Below are positions 23,599 through 34,834 of a stretch of DNA of 64,000 nt, in pieces; the first letter of the stretch is position 1, and the number at the start of each line of letters is the position of its first letter. The translations under genes were made by a program, and so were the position numbers. Under the pieces are notes generated by a model. It ran no database searches, was not told the origin of the DNA, and saw only the letters and a list, made by a program, of their open reading frames with translations. Source of the DNA: Trichosphaerium sp. ATCC 40318 (taxonomy: Eukaryota; Protista; Tubulinea); contig JALMLS010000130.1 of assembly GCA_038496445.1 (NCBI GenBank), forward strand, positions 1 through 64,000. The letters are read 5' to 3'.

Positions 23599-23679
23599 GT
23601 ACAACAATAAACATGTGCTTGCTTTCTGTATGCCAAGATTCTCAGCCAGTGACAGGCAAAGGTAGCTCATGTTTATTGT
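23599..23679. repeat. Dispersed relic of the 0.4-1.1 kb satellite unit, bounded by a 16-bp inverted repeat
   Basis: caataaacatgtgcttgctttctgtatgccaag..cagccagtgaca aligns with 612-665. acaataaacatgtgct and agctcatgtttattgt are 15/16 complementary. Confidence 0.65.
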
Positions 23680-23870
23680 GACCAAATGTTAAAGTAACGG
23701 CTCGAACGGTATGTAGCAAAAACGGAATCGCGGAATGTGCAATGATTCACGACGTTTACCTAAAAAGGCCATTAATTACGCCTGTCAGGTATCAAAAACT
23801 TTGTGTCAAACTGGCTGAATTTCGCCCAATTTCTTTACAATTAAGGCAGTTAACGAAATAAACTACCACT

Positions 23871-24528
23871 ATGGCCTTATCTCACGGAGCAGTGTCATCT
23901 TCTCGGTGCGTTTTACCTTGTACCAACAAGTTGTGCTCACAGTGCATCTCTAAAGCTCCAAACTCAATATTTTTTTGTAAATCTACTAATACTCTTCATG
24001 CGAGCACTAAAACACCTAAAACAAAAACTTTGCTTTGATCTGTCGATAACTTTGTCAGTTTGCATGAATATGCTTGCGAGTACATTCTAACACTTAAACT
24101 AGCGCAGACGGAGCACCAGAAATCCGTCTACAAATTGAATGTGGTTGGAACCAAGGTTTCAGCGCCAACAAACAATGGAAGGTACGTACACTACAAAAAA
24201 ACCTTGGCAAAGAGTTTGAACTAAATTATTACGCATAGGCTTCTTCCACCTACACAATCACCGTTCCAGACCAAGATCCGTTCCAAGTCGTAATTGACAA
24301 GCTCAGAGAACAAGCCGGTACGTAATTTTAAATATCATCGATAATAAAATAACTCTCAACACCTCCAACTCACCCATTTTAGGCCCAAATGCAAAAGTTG
24401 ATAAGATCTACGGTATTGACAAACACGGTACCAAACACAAGATTGACCCAGCCCAAACAGTTCGGGCGAACGTTGTATTCGCTAGTGGCACTACCTTGTC
24501 ACTTCGCTTTCCAAACATGTTTGGTTAA
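23871..24528 (+). CDS. Small putative ubiquitin-like (beta-grasp) protein, 112 aa, 4 exons, ends ..PNMFG*
   Basis: In-frame splicing. Pattern IRLQI / YTITV..DPFQVVIDKL / KIYG / IDPAQTV / TLSL fits the UBL layout. Confidence 0.65.
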
Positions 24529-24678
24529 GCTTATGTAGCGTGTTACGAATACTTTTTAGTGTCTATTGACACCTTGATGTAGCGAATAAAAATTTAAATT
24601 GAACAAATCAATGAACATTTACATTCATCCAACGCGTAGATACCAAGAATACTTGTCAATAAGTGACAGCTATTTATT

Positions 24679-26497
24679 TTAAGACATGTCATAGTCTTCT
24701 TGTGTATCCTCCGGATGTGGTTCGTAGTAATCCAACCGTAGTAGTACATGTGGACACTGAGTCTTAAAGCGCTCTGCACATTGAGTACTTGGTTGAGTTT
24801 GTTTGTCACAGACTAGTGTGATCTCTTGAATTTGTTCGAATGATGTCAATCTATAGGTATTTTAATTGATATCCTTGTACTCTCTTGGCGTACGTGTCAA
24901 CCATTTCGTCAGATATGTAAGTGTTACTAATAGACAGGCGATTCAACCTCGTGTTTTTTTTGGCAATTAGCGCAAGCGCATCAGGTTCAATGTTTGTTTC
25001 CTAAAAGTAACAAGTAAATACTGGTTGTTTTTATAAGTCTTTGATTGCTTAAAACCCCCGTACCTCTAATCCTAGTGACACCAAGTTCGTTAATAGAACA
25101 GCTTGTTCTGTCATATACTTTAGTGGACCTTCTATAGATAAATACGTCAAAGAATCACAAAGCTTGCTAATGTTCTTGTAATTCAGAGAACCCCACGAGC
25201 CTACAGATAATCCTGATATTTCTAAACTCGATAAATGTCCAAGGTCAACTAACATTTCACCCTCCTCGTTCCTAGTTGTCCAAATATGAAGACCCTTAGC
25301 GAGTAATTAAAACCAACAACAAAACTGTTTATGTACCGTTAATGATGTCATCAAACTGAGTTCTTCTGTTGGAATAGTAAAAGGCACTGCAAATTCACCT
25401 GATTGAACAGCAATCACGTCTCCAAAACCAATATCAGGATCAGCAATATGCAATCCAACCAAGTTTGGAAAGTTACTTAAAAATTTATCATAAAATCCTT
25501 CGCCACAAGTTGATAGATCGAGATGATAGTGATTAAGGTACAGTAACCGAAGTGTAGTCATATGTGTTATTTGAGAGTACGCAAAGTTACCACATATAGA
25601 GAGGTTCTCAAGGCATGGTAATACCAACTGCGACAATTCAACATCATCGTACCAAGAGCACAATCCAAGTACTTTTAAGTTCTGTAATTTTCTCAAATTG
25701 TCAAGTTGCACGGTAGTTTGTGATACTCTGAGGTCCAAGAAGAGGTTAGATAGTTGAGTGAGATTGCAAATATGGTCAAGATGATCTATACGGAGGTTTG
25801 TGGAAAGCTGTGTCAAGTTGGATAAGAGGTTGAAGTGCTCAACCAAAAGTGCAGCGCAATGTTCGCTCCGATAAAATTTGAGCGATCTGAGACTCGTCAG
25901 GTTCGATAGCATCATTCCAATCACATTAAAGGCGTCAGGTGATGCTTTTGTACGTATTTGGGCGTTTTCAATACATGTGCAAGAAGTAAGGGTATGCTGT
26001 AGCGCTGCTTCAGCCTTTTTCCCAAAAGTGAACGCGTCATTCTCGTGCCATCCGTCATTTGATCGAACAGTTACGTTAATGGTCTTCAAATTACGTAAGG
26101 ATCGCCTAGGGAGTCTACAGCGTGTGCTTAAAATCAAGTCAATCCGTTTTACGATTTTGTTGACAAGGCGATTCCAGCGGTGTCTAACAATACGATAGCG
26201 GCCAAGGGTTGATGCATTTGGGTATGCAAGTGTCATCTTAAGAATCTCTTCGATTAATTCGTTCGGCAGCGATGAAAATACATCCTCAGATACGACTAGA
26301 AGCTATTTAGGCAAGATTTACGTGTTCAATGTAAATAGAACGGCATTTGTTTCCACAGCTTTACAATTTTGGCCAAGAGGGTAAGAAAGCTGTTTTAGAC
26401 GTAGAGGTAGTATCTATAGTCTATTTTGAATCGTACCTGATGTACTGGGCCTTGTTCGTTGTCGTTTCGCAGGGTTAATGCTCCCAAACGCTGCCAT
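24679..26497 (-). CDS. F-box/LRR protein
   Basis: FSSLPNELIEEIL..RIVRHRWNRLV F-box, followed by many LxxLxxLxL repeats. Confidence 0.85.
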
Positions 26498-26778
26498 TAG
26501 TATTATGTGAAAATTATGTAACGAGAGTGAGAATGATTGACACTCAAGTACTTTTCGCGTGACAGACTAAAAAAAAGACCGCCAAGTTTGAAAATTAGAA
26601 TGAGAAAAGACTTTGATTTTATCAACTTTAAGTCGCTATACGCTCAATTAGAACACATCCATCCGCATGCCGACTACCTGTTTTGCATTATGTGGTCTAG
26701 CAGAAGCGTCAAAAGGTGGTGTTTAAGCCGTTTTTCTTTTAGTTTATTTTTTACACTAGTCTTCTATTTTTTTTTGAT

Positions 26779-28633
26779 TTATGAAATTGTACAAGTTTTA
26801 TTCAATTGTGTTGGCTTCTCTGGCTCTGTAAACGCCAAAAATACTTCCTTATGACCTTCTTGTTGTGCTATCTCTACAGGTGTTTTACCTTCATTATCTG
26901 TAGAGTACAAAGGAATGCCTGCTGCCATTAAAACCTTTGCAGTTTCTAAAACAAGAAAATTGTCACGTGGGGTTGTTAAAATAGTAGTAAAGATCTTATT
27001 TCGATTGTTTTCGTTTCTGCTTACCTGTTGAGTTATGAAGTGAAACATAATGCATTGCTGTTCTTCCTTTGTTATCTGTTGCGTGTAAATCAACTCTTGG
27101 TTTATTTTTACTATCAAAACCAACCAAGAATGATGCAATATCAGGTGCGTTATGTTGAGATGCTAGCATCAATAAAGTGACACCGTTGTTGTCAGCTTAA
27201 GAATCATTAGAAAGTGAGTAAGCGTAAGCGAATCAACAAAGTAGTTTACCTAGCTGTAATTTTGCGCCACGTTTGATAAGCTCTGTTGTTATTTCTGGAT
27301 GTTTCCTCATTGTAGAATCAAAGATAGGAGTCCTTCCTATGCAAGTTGAGAACGTGTTATGAAGAAAAAAAAGCTGCTTTTTACGAAGAGAGGAAAACAA
27401 TGTTTGGACTATCACCGATTTGTTGGTGTAATTCTAAATTTGATATGTGCTATATTGATTAGTAAAGCTGGGTACCTAGTGTGTTTTTTGTATTTACATC
27501 AGCGCCATGAAACAGTAAAAATCGAACAACTTTAGGGATGCACTTTGTACAAGCAATATGAAGTGGTGTTGTCCCATCTGACGAAGAAGCAATATTGACG
27601 CTAGCGCCTTTCTCCCGAAGGCAAGTGAGTAGAGTTAGATTTCTGTAATCAGCATAGTGTATAGCTAAATTAAACAGTTAAGAGTGTTCATGACTTTGTA
27701 ACTTAATAACACATACCTGTTCGCCCTTTTTTATCTCTGCCATTTACTTTAGCTCCATTATCTAGTTTTAAAAGTTAGAAATATAAAGCGTGAGTACTTG
27801 AACTCGAAGCAAAACATGTGACGTCATTAGACATTTCGAAAAAAAAAAACCAGAAAAGTTCAAAGGTGAACTCTTCACAAAACTTCTCTATACCAATTAG
27901 AAATGTAGTTATTTCCGGGTATGACAAGGCACATGCTCTGTTTGTTGCGTTAGATACTACAATTTAATAATTATTATCAACCTGTGAAGTGGCATCAGAC
28001 CAGTTTCTTCTGCTGCAATATTAACATCTGCACCAGCTATTCAAGTGTTAGTACTGGTTTGATACACGTGATAGTTAGTAATTACCTTTTAATAGTCTCG
28101 CTATTACACTTTTACGATTATACTCTACAGCCCAATGCATTGCCGACCTTTAAAGGAGTGTCAGCTTAAAAAAGTTTTTTGATTGTACCATCCTTTTTGG
28201 CCGTCAACTTGATTTATTTCTTCTTGTGTTAGATTGTCTAGCAATAAGTCGATGATAGCTGAGTCCTAGAGGCTGTTTCAGTAAAAGGCTTTATGAAAGC
28301 AAAATGCTGTAAAATGTTGTATTTTGAGTTGGTTTTTTGATGTGGTTGCTTTTTTCAGCGTTTTGACGAAGTAAAGAACAGTTATGTCAGTTTGTAAGCG
28401 CAAACTGTTTGGAAAATTCGTAGTGTTATCTTGAACGCGTACGCCTTTGATACACGCGTAGTGCAGCGTTGTTTGTTCTGTTTTTGGATCTATCGCAAAT
28501 AAACTACTACCTAATGACATAAATACCCGTGGATGTAGTGTACTCTACCTTCAGAGATAATTTGTCTCAATTCTGCCTCATTTTGAGTCTCAATGTGGTG
28601 CCATAAGCGAGAGCTCATTGTTTCGGTACTCAT
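26779..28633 (-). CDS. Ankyrin-repeat protein
   Basis: QTTLHYAC, GTTPLHIAC..VVRFLLFHGADVN, GRTPIF, GVTLLMLA, GKTPVEIA. Confidence 0.9.
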
Positions 28634-28882
28634 TGATAATGCGAAAGTATTTTAGTGACTCTGGTGTACATTTCAAATTGTTTGGCTTGAGCTGGCCTTA
28701 ACTCAAAACGCATGAAAATTGTAAACTGACACGTGCCAAGTGCAACATTGTGGCTTCAAGAGTTGTAATCTTTTAAACCTTGACACTGATCAAATCTTTG
28801 TGATGGTTTCGTTACAAGGTTTGAGTTTTGAAAGCCAACTAAGACTATGTACACGTGCTAATTATTCTGTTTTTTTTCACCC

Positions 28883-30105
28883 TTAGCGTATTCTACACTC
28901 ACAGCGCACGCCTCTACGCTCTATAGTTACTACATCTATGTCTACAAACAAGCTACATCTTCTAGCTGCATTGGGACAGTCATACGTAAGAGGACCAGTC
29001 ATGTGACAAGGTGCAACTACACATCTAGTAAAGTGTTAACAATGCCACAAAAAACTAGTACTTACACTTCTTCATCACAACTCGTAAATTCAGTAGATCT
29101 GACACATACTCTATTACTTTCGAAGAAAGATCCTAGAGCAACAAAACGTGGCATATCTGTTGCAAATGGCATCGCTTCAAACGACATCGTTTCAGTGTCA
29201 AAAAGATACACATTTCCTGCGATATTTTCTCCAAAAGCATTTCCACATAAGAATAACAAACGCGTTTCATCGAACTGTGCCAGTCCTATCAGTGTTGTTT
29301 AAAAAGGGAATTTCCTTGCTAAAACCAGAATATGTACCTGTTCCTGATACACATCCTTCAGGAAATTCGACTTGCTGTGTTATAGTACAGTCTCCGCTTT
29401 CAAAGTTAGGGATAATATCTAGCATCAATGATGCGTGGTAGAGTACTCCATCTAATACTTCAACTAAAGGATGTTACATGTTTGTTTTGAAATCACTTAA
29501 GCACATACTCGCAGCAGCGACAAGGCCTTCACATTTTACGGATGTGTCACATGTGACAGGATCTATGATTGCTACTTGATTTTCTGAGTTTATCCCGTAT
29601 AACTCATCAGTTTGCATATCAATCGTGAGCCCGAAATACTCAGAAGATAGAGTACACTGATTTTTCTAGATACAAATCACTTGATTAGGCTTGAAAGATT
29701 AGTTGATGCTTCTTACAATTTCGCAATCGACTGGATCCACAGTGGATAGTGTACGCGATAGCGCTTCCAGAACAGCAACATTCCTATCTGGTAAGAAAGT
29801 AAGGCCATTTGGTGGACGTGTTCCAACACTACAAGCTATAAAAATACATGTTAGTACAAAATGTGTTAAAAACACGTGATTAAGTGTACTTACCCCTTAG
29901 TGTGTTGTTTGGCGCTGTGAACGGGCGGATTTCGAATCCAGAACCAAAAAGCCCAGCTCCTGAAAGTATTTTTCGCTAAGAAGAAAAATATCTTTTTGTA
30001 AGCTGTATAAAACGCACGTGGACCAGTAATAAAGTGGTTTGGTAACTGTCCGTTTATTGTAGCCGTAAATAAACAAAGGCTTATTAAAAGGGCAACCAAC
30101 GTCAT
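28883..30105 (-). CDS. Secreted Cys-containing protein, probable beta-propeller
   Basis: Signal peptide MTLVALLISLCLF and repeated blade-like segments (NGLTF..LSTVDPVDC, FGLTID..LYG..IIDPVTC). Confidence 0.6.
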
Positions 30106-30750
30106 GATTGACCCAGTTTACGCTTAAAGTGTTGTATATGAGATGATCTGGGCAACTGTATCTGGTAGGGTGATTTAAATTATTAACTTTGTTTGACTTG
30201 TATTGGAATATCTTGGCAATCCATTCCTACAAAGATACATAAGTTATAGGAAGTGGCGAAAGCAGTACTGCCAGTTTAGGGCAATCAAGTTTCCTGAATG
30301 CCGTTAATTTTAATAAGGATAAGAAAATAGTCTTTTACCACCATACCAAAATCAATCTTGAATCATGTCTAATATTGCATACAGGTATCACTCCTTTTAA
30401 GGAAACCATTAGCCATTGTCGACCTTGCCGTAAACGGCTTTTTGATTGAATTACAATACGGAATAACTGCACACTCAAAGAAAAGCTTGAATCGACAATT
30501 TTACTGAAATGCCAACCAAACAACCCTCCCAGACCCATAAAGTGATGCATCAAATTGCTCAAGTGTTGACACCTCTAATACTTTCAAGTTGTTCGCTAAG
30601 TTGTCTGAGGAAATTACATAACATGCCGCGAAGTTTGTTCATATTACTACAATACGTTAGAGTAGATATATATGTTTTTAAAACAGAAGCGATTGATCAC
30701 CTTAAAAAAAGCTGAAAGTCTAAATGTATCAACACAAACAAGATTTCACA

Positions 30751-30884
30751 TAGAGGTGGCCGCAAAAAAAAAGTAAAAATGGTTTGAGTTTTCCCTTATT
30801 TTTCTTAGACAGCTAAAGCCGGTCCTAAAAACTTAAACTGCTAAGAAAAAGCTAGCGGCTATAGCCGTTTAGCGACCACCTCTA
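30751..30884. mobile_element. 134-bp non-autonomous hAT-type MITE
   Basis: TIRs tagaggtggccgc / gcgaccacctcta (12/13 match) and 8-bp TSD atttcaca / atttcgca. Confidence 0.85.
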
Positions 30885-31143
30885 ATTTCGCACTGTTCTA
30901 TGAAATGTGTACAGCATTCTTTAAACTGCTGACTGAAAGGTGCCACAACCAGCAAAACCAAACTTGTTTATACCTTACTTTATTGTAGTTACGTACATTA
31001 CTTATTTAGATATGACCCAACACAAAAATAATTTCTACATATTTTTACCTAGTGATCCCTTTAGGATACCTTAGATTCATGCCTCCTTGTTTGATCTGTC
31101 AGCTTCGATCCCCTGGATCGTGTAGCTAAGAAGAAACACAGTT

Positions 31144-31750
31144 TCAAACGTCATATAATTCTATGCTCACAAGTGTGCCATCAGCGTAATTGCCCTCTGC
31201 TGTCAATCGACCAGTACGCGACCAACATTTATAATCACCTTCCCTCTTGCCTTTTACTAAGTAGTACCGGCAGTACAATTGTCCACTAGGATGCCAGTGT
31301 TTGTACTCTCCTTCAAGTTCATCATTTCTGTACTGACATTGTTGCTGCAATTGACCACTCTGAAACCATGCCATGTACTCTCCTTCTCTTTTGTCGTTAA
31401 TGTAATTAATCTTCTGAAGCAATTTTCCATTTGAGTAATACTCTTTGTACATTCCATGACGTTTTCCATGTATCCAGTAACATTCACTTGACACAGTGTT
31501 ATTCTTCGAATATTTAACCCACTTTCTATGTTTTTCAAGTTCATCATTAAATCTAGTTGTCTTTGCAGTGTGATTTGATAACAACGGCCACTTTATGTAT
31601 GATTCTCTATCTATCTCCATAATTACAAGCTGTAACTCAATTGGTAGGTTTAACAGGTCGCATACATCAGGTTTCGAAGTATTTATCTACTTTTGATTAA
31701 ACAGACGCCAAATAACTTGTAACAGGCACCTTGCGTTTGTTTATGCTCAT
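31144..31750 (-). CDS. F-box-like + MORN-variant (YwqK-type) repeat protein, one 43-nt intron
   Basis: MSINKRK|INTSKPDVCDLLNLPIELQLVIMEID..WPLLS, then G..K.YY.NG.L....Y.N.K.EG repeats. Intron 31687-31729. Confidence 0.85.
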
Positions 31751-31948
31751 CTAGTGTCACGATACTTGTAACATCACGTGCTTGGATCTAAAACAACTTA
31801 ACTAGTACCTCGCATTTTTTTCGTAATATCTAGGCGCTTGGGTTTAGGGTAAACAGGTGAAAGGAAGTACAGCATATTTTTGATGTGTGATTTTGTTTAT
31901 TGAATAAATTTTACAATAAACGTGATGTTTTTTAGGCGAATATTGATC

Positions 31949-32397
31949 TCATTCCAATTTGGGTTGGATCTTAGCAAACTCTGCCGACCACATTGCTCTC
32001 TTCATAGCGCTTTCAAAAGCGGCTTTACCTTCATGGCAGTACTTGGCGCATTTTTTGGCAACCTCGTATTGATTGTCTTTCCATGCCGCTCTTACAATAG
32101 CTACAGACAAAACAATAAGCAATGGAATAAAAACAGAATTGTTAAAAAAATAATGATCCTTCAATTCACAAGCTCAGGACCCTTTTCTACACCAAAAAAC
32201 TATTACAAATTGTTTTCTACAAACGTACTATCGCATTGTTTGGCTGAAAGGCTAACTTTTTGTTGAGCAAGAGCTTGCTTGGCAAAGTCCTTTTGTTGTG
32301 CTTTCCAAGCCTTCTTAAAGTGGGTAAGTATGGCTTTAAGGTCAGCAGCGCTTGCTTTCCTCATGCCAGGTTCTATTTTCTTTCCTACGCGTGTCAT
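31949..32397 (-). CDS. Small basic helical protein (~106 aa, 2 exons), possibly DUF4476-like
   Basis: A GTACGT..TAG intron joins ..SAKQCD|TIVRAAWKDNQYEVAKK in frame. The domain call is tentative. Confidence 0.65.
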
Positions 32398-33271
32398 GTT
32401 GCTTGAGTTGTTTTATGCTGGTTGTTATGATGAAAATGAAGTTTATTCAATGGACAGAATTCGCGTTGACTTCTCATCTTCTTAAATGTTTACGGTAACG
32501 CATTCTTATCTTTAGAGGTGGTACGCTTATGCACAAATTGAGTCATTGTACTACGTGTTTAAAAAAGGCGGTTCAATTGGAAGTCTTGAAGAGGAAAGCA
32601 GGCTGTGCGGTAATTATCTGAACGAAAAACAATACTGCTGAAAAATATTTAGCGAATTAACTGCCTTCCCGTAGGAAGCTATACTAACAACACATCGCAC
32701 AGAAGGTATGTTCCCTTTATCAATTACTGTTCGGGTCCGCTATATCCATTCACATATTTCACGTGATAAACAACAACAAAATCACGTGAAACTACGGGAC
32801 AGTTCAACGCCAACGTTATGAACTTTTTAGCGAACTACTGTAAGGATGGACCAATAGTGCCACCTTTATGCCCAACAAAAGCTATAAATTTAGGCGTCCA
32901 CCCGAACAGTATAAGTAAATAATTGAGAAAGTAAAACCTACAATGCTGCAACCACAATTTGATATCTATCACAACGAAAATGCCTAGAGCATGTGTACAA
33001 ATTTGCGAGCTTTTGCCTTGGCTGTTTTATTACTGGGGTAATGCTAGGTTAACAGCCACGGTTACTACCTAAAGTACAGATGTAGTAAATATCTATTTGA
33101 AACATGACCACTAAATATGCCACTAGGACGAAGCAAAAACAGTTGTAGTAGATTGGTAGTTTTTAATCTTCAGCTGAATCATTCCAAGTTATCCTTCCTA
33201 ACGCATCAGAATATGTTCTTGAAATTCTACAGTTTAGGCCAACATTGATACGTTTGAGTGACTTCATTTGT

Positions 33272-33740
33272 TTAAAGCTGTAAACAATCCTTTGTAATTC
33301 TACTACAAGAATGAAGATTGAGGTATGCAAAGTTGACCAATTTCTTGATACCTGCATCTGTTACATCACAACAAAAATTTAAGACCTGTTTGTCGTTGAT
33401 CAAAACTGGGATTCAATCGCCTGTTATATAGGTACCAGGAGCAATACAAACTGTAGCATTACCAAGTTGTCTGAGCCACGTTCGTTTGGATTTGCCAGGG
33501 TAAGGCACATTTTTAAGTGCTTTTATCCCTTCAACAGTGATCTTGTTGCAATAACCAAGACATGCTGCGTACACTGCAGAGCCTTTAACGAAGCGTCTGA
33601 TATTATGTTGTAATGGTGTTGCCCAGTGTTGCAATAACGTTACTATTCCTTCGTCTGTAACTGCATAATTTTTGAACATCAGCAAGGCAAGACATGTCGC
33701 TCACTGAAGAGGTATATACCAAGAACAGGTGTATTATAAC
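33272..33740 (-). pseudogene. Degenerate Cys-containing LRR gene fragment
   Basis: LRR pieces in different frames: VSDMSCLADVQKL, VTDEGI, CLGYCNKITVEGIKAL, DAGIKKLVNFAYLNLHSCSRIT. Joining them needs frameshifts or GC donors. Confidence 0.45.
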
Positions 33741-33906
33741 AGTAAAACGGTCTTTATGTGATTTGACCTTATGTATTTTAAATAGTAGTAATTTTACCAC
33801 AGGCTTGCAAGGACAGAAAACGATTTCTACCGATAAAGAGTATTGCATTTATTTACACAGCAAACCATCCATCGTGCAATTCGGAGATACTACATTGGTC
33901 CATCCC

Positions 33907-34487
33907 CTACAGTAATGGTTGGCATACAAGAAGTATCGAAACCGCGTCCGTACCTTGTCCCTCATTTACAGTGATATTAACATGTTGTCCTGATGCACTT
34001 GTAATGATACCGAGAAATCCATATGTGTTAGCATGTTTGCAAGTTGATACCCAAGTGTACACGTTTGTAGCAAAACCTTGACAAAAAATTTCAACATTTT
34101 TAGACATGTTAGACAAGTCGCGTACCATTACAATCTTTCCAATAGTTAAAAGGGTCACGACCATAATAGACGCTAAAAGTCATGTTTGAGGTTATCGATA
34201 CATCGCTTTGAGCAAGTATAATCGTAAATATATACGTCTTTGTTTACGTTAATAAAAATCACGTGATAGTGTTTTAAATAGCGTGCCTTCGTTATTGATG
34301 CCGTATCTATGAACTGGCATGGATTCGTAAAGTTACAAAACACATTGTAACTAAGCACTGACGCGTTTTTAAGGCTCGCCAAGCGATTGTTATGTGTAGT
34401 ACTAAAGGTTGAAATATTTCCAATGAAAATCGCTAAAAAGATCAAGGAGAACGCTAAAATTAGAGAATGAGGTATCGGGTACATCAT
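33907..34487 (-). CDS. Hypothetical protein with an N-terminal membrane anchor
   Basis: MMYPIPHSLILAFSLIFLAIFIG plus a downstream open exon. The 3' end is uncertain. Confidence 0.4.
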
Positions 34488-34834
34488 CGCAACATTGAAT
34501 GTTCTGTTGAGCACTTAAACAAGAGATTAAGTATTGTTGATACAGAAAACCAACTAGAGATGTCGCTCTTGGTTTCGTTGAGTATACTAGTGCTTAAAGT
34601 ATGTTTGGTAGGTACGCTTCCAATACCGTGTAAGTTCAAGTGAACAGACGTAATTACAATCAATCGGTTGCTGTTTATTAGCCCACTTATGCTGTAGAAG
34701 CATTGTTTCCAATACGCTTGGTTCTAATGGTTCTACAACGGAAAACCGCTACAAGGCACGTGGTACTAATTTCAAACGTGAACGGGTGTTGTGAATACCG
34801 CAAAACCCACTACTAGCGATTTCCAATAGCGTAT

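Noticed and set aside
30130-30720. Transposase remnant next to the MITE
   Set aside because: Short open stretches with no hAT or DDE motifs in the frames I read.
32102-32260. Possible in-frame TGA (selenocysteine) via a micro-exon AAA AGG TCC TGA GCT
   Set aside because: A single intron with the consensus GTACGT donor gives a stop-free protein, and no SECIS-like element is visible.
32513-32868. Second full MITE (tagaggtggt ... ccaccttta)
   Set aside because: Only a short imperfect TIR match, and the flanks show no TSD.
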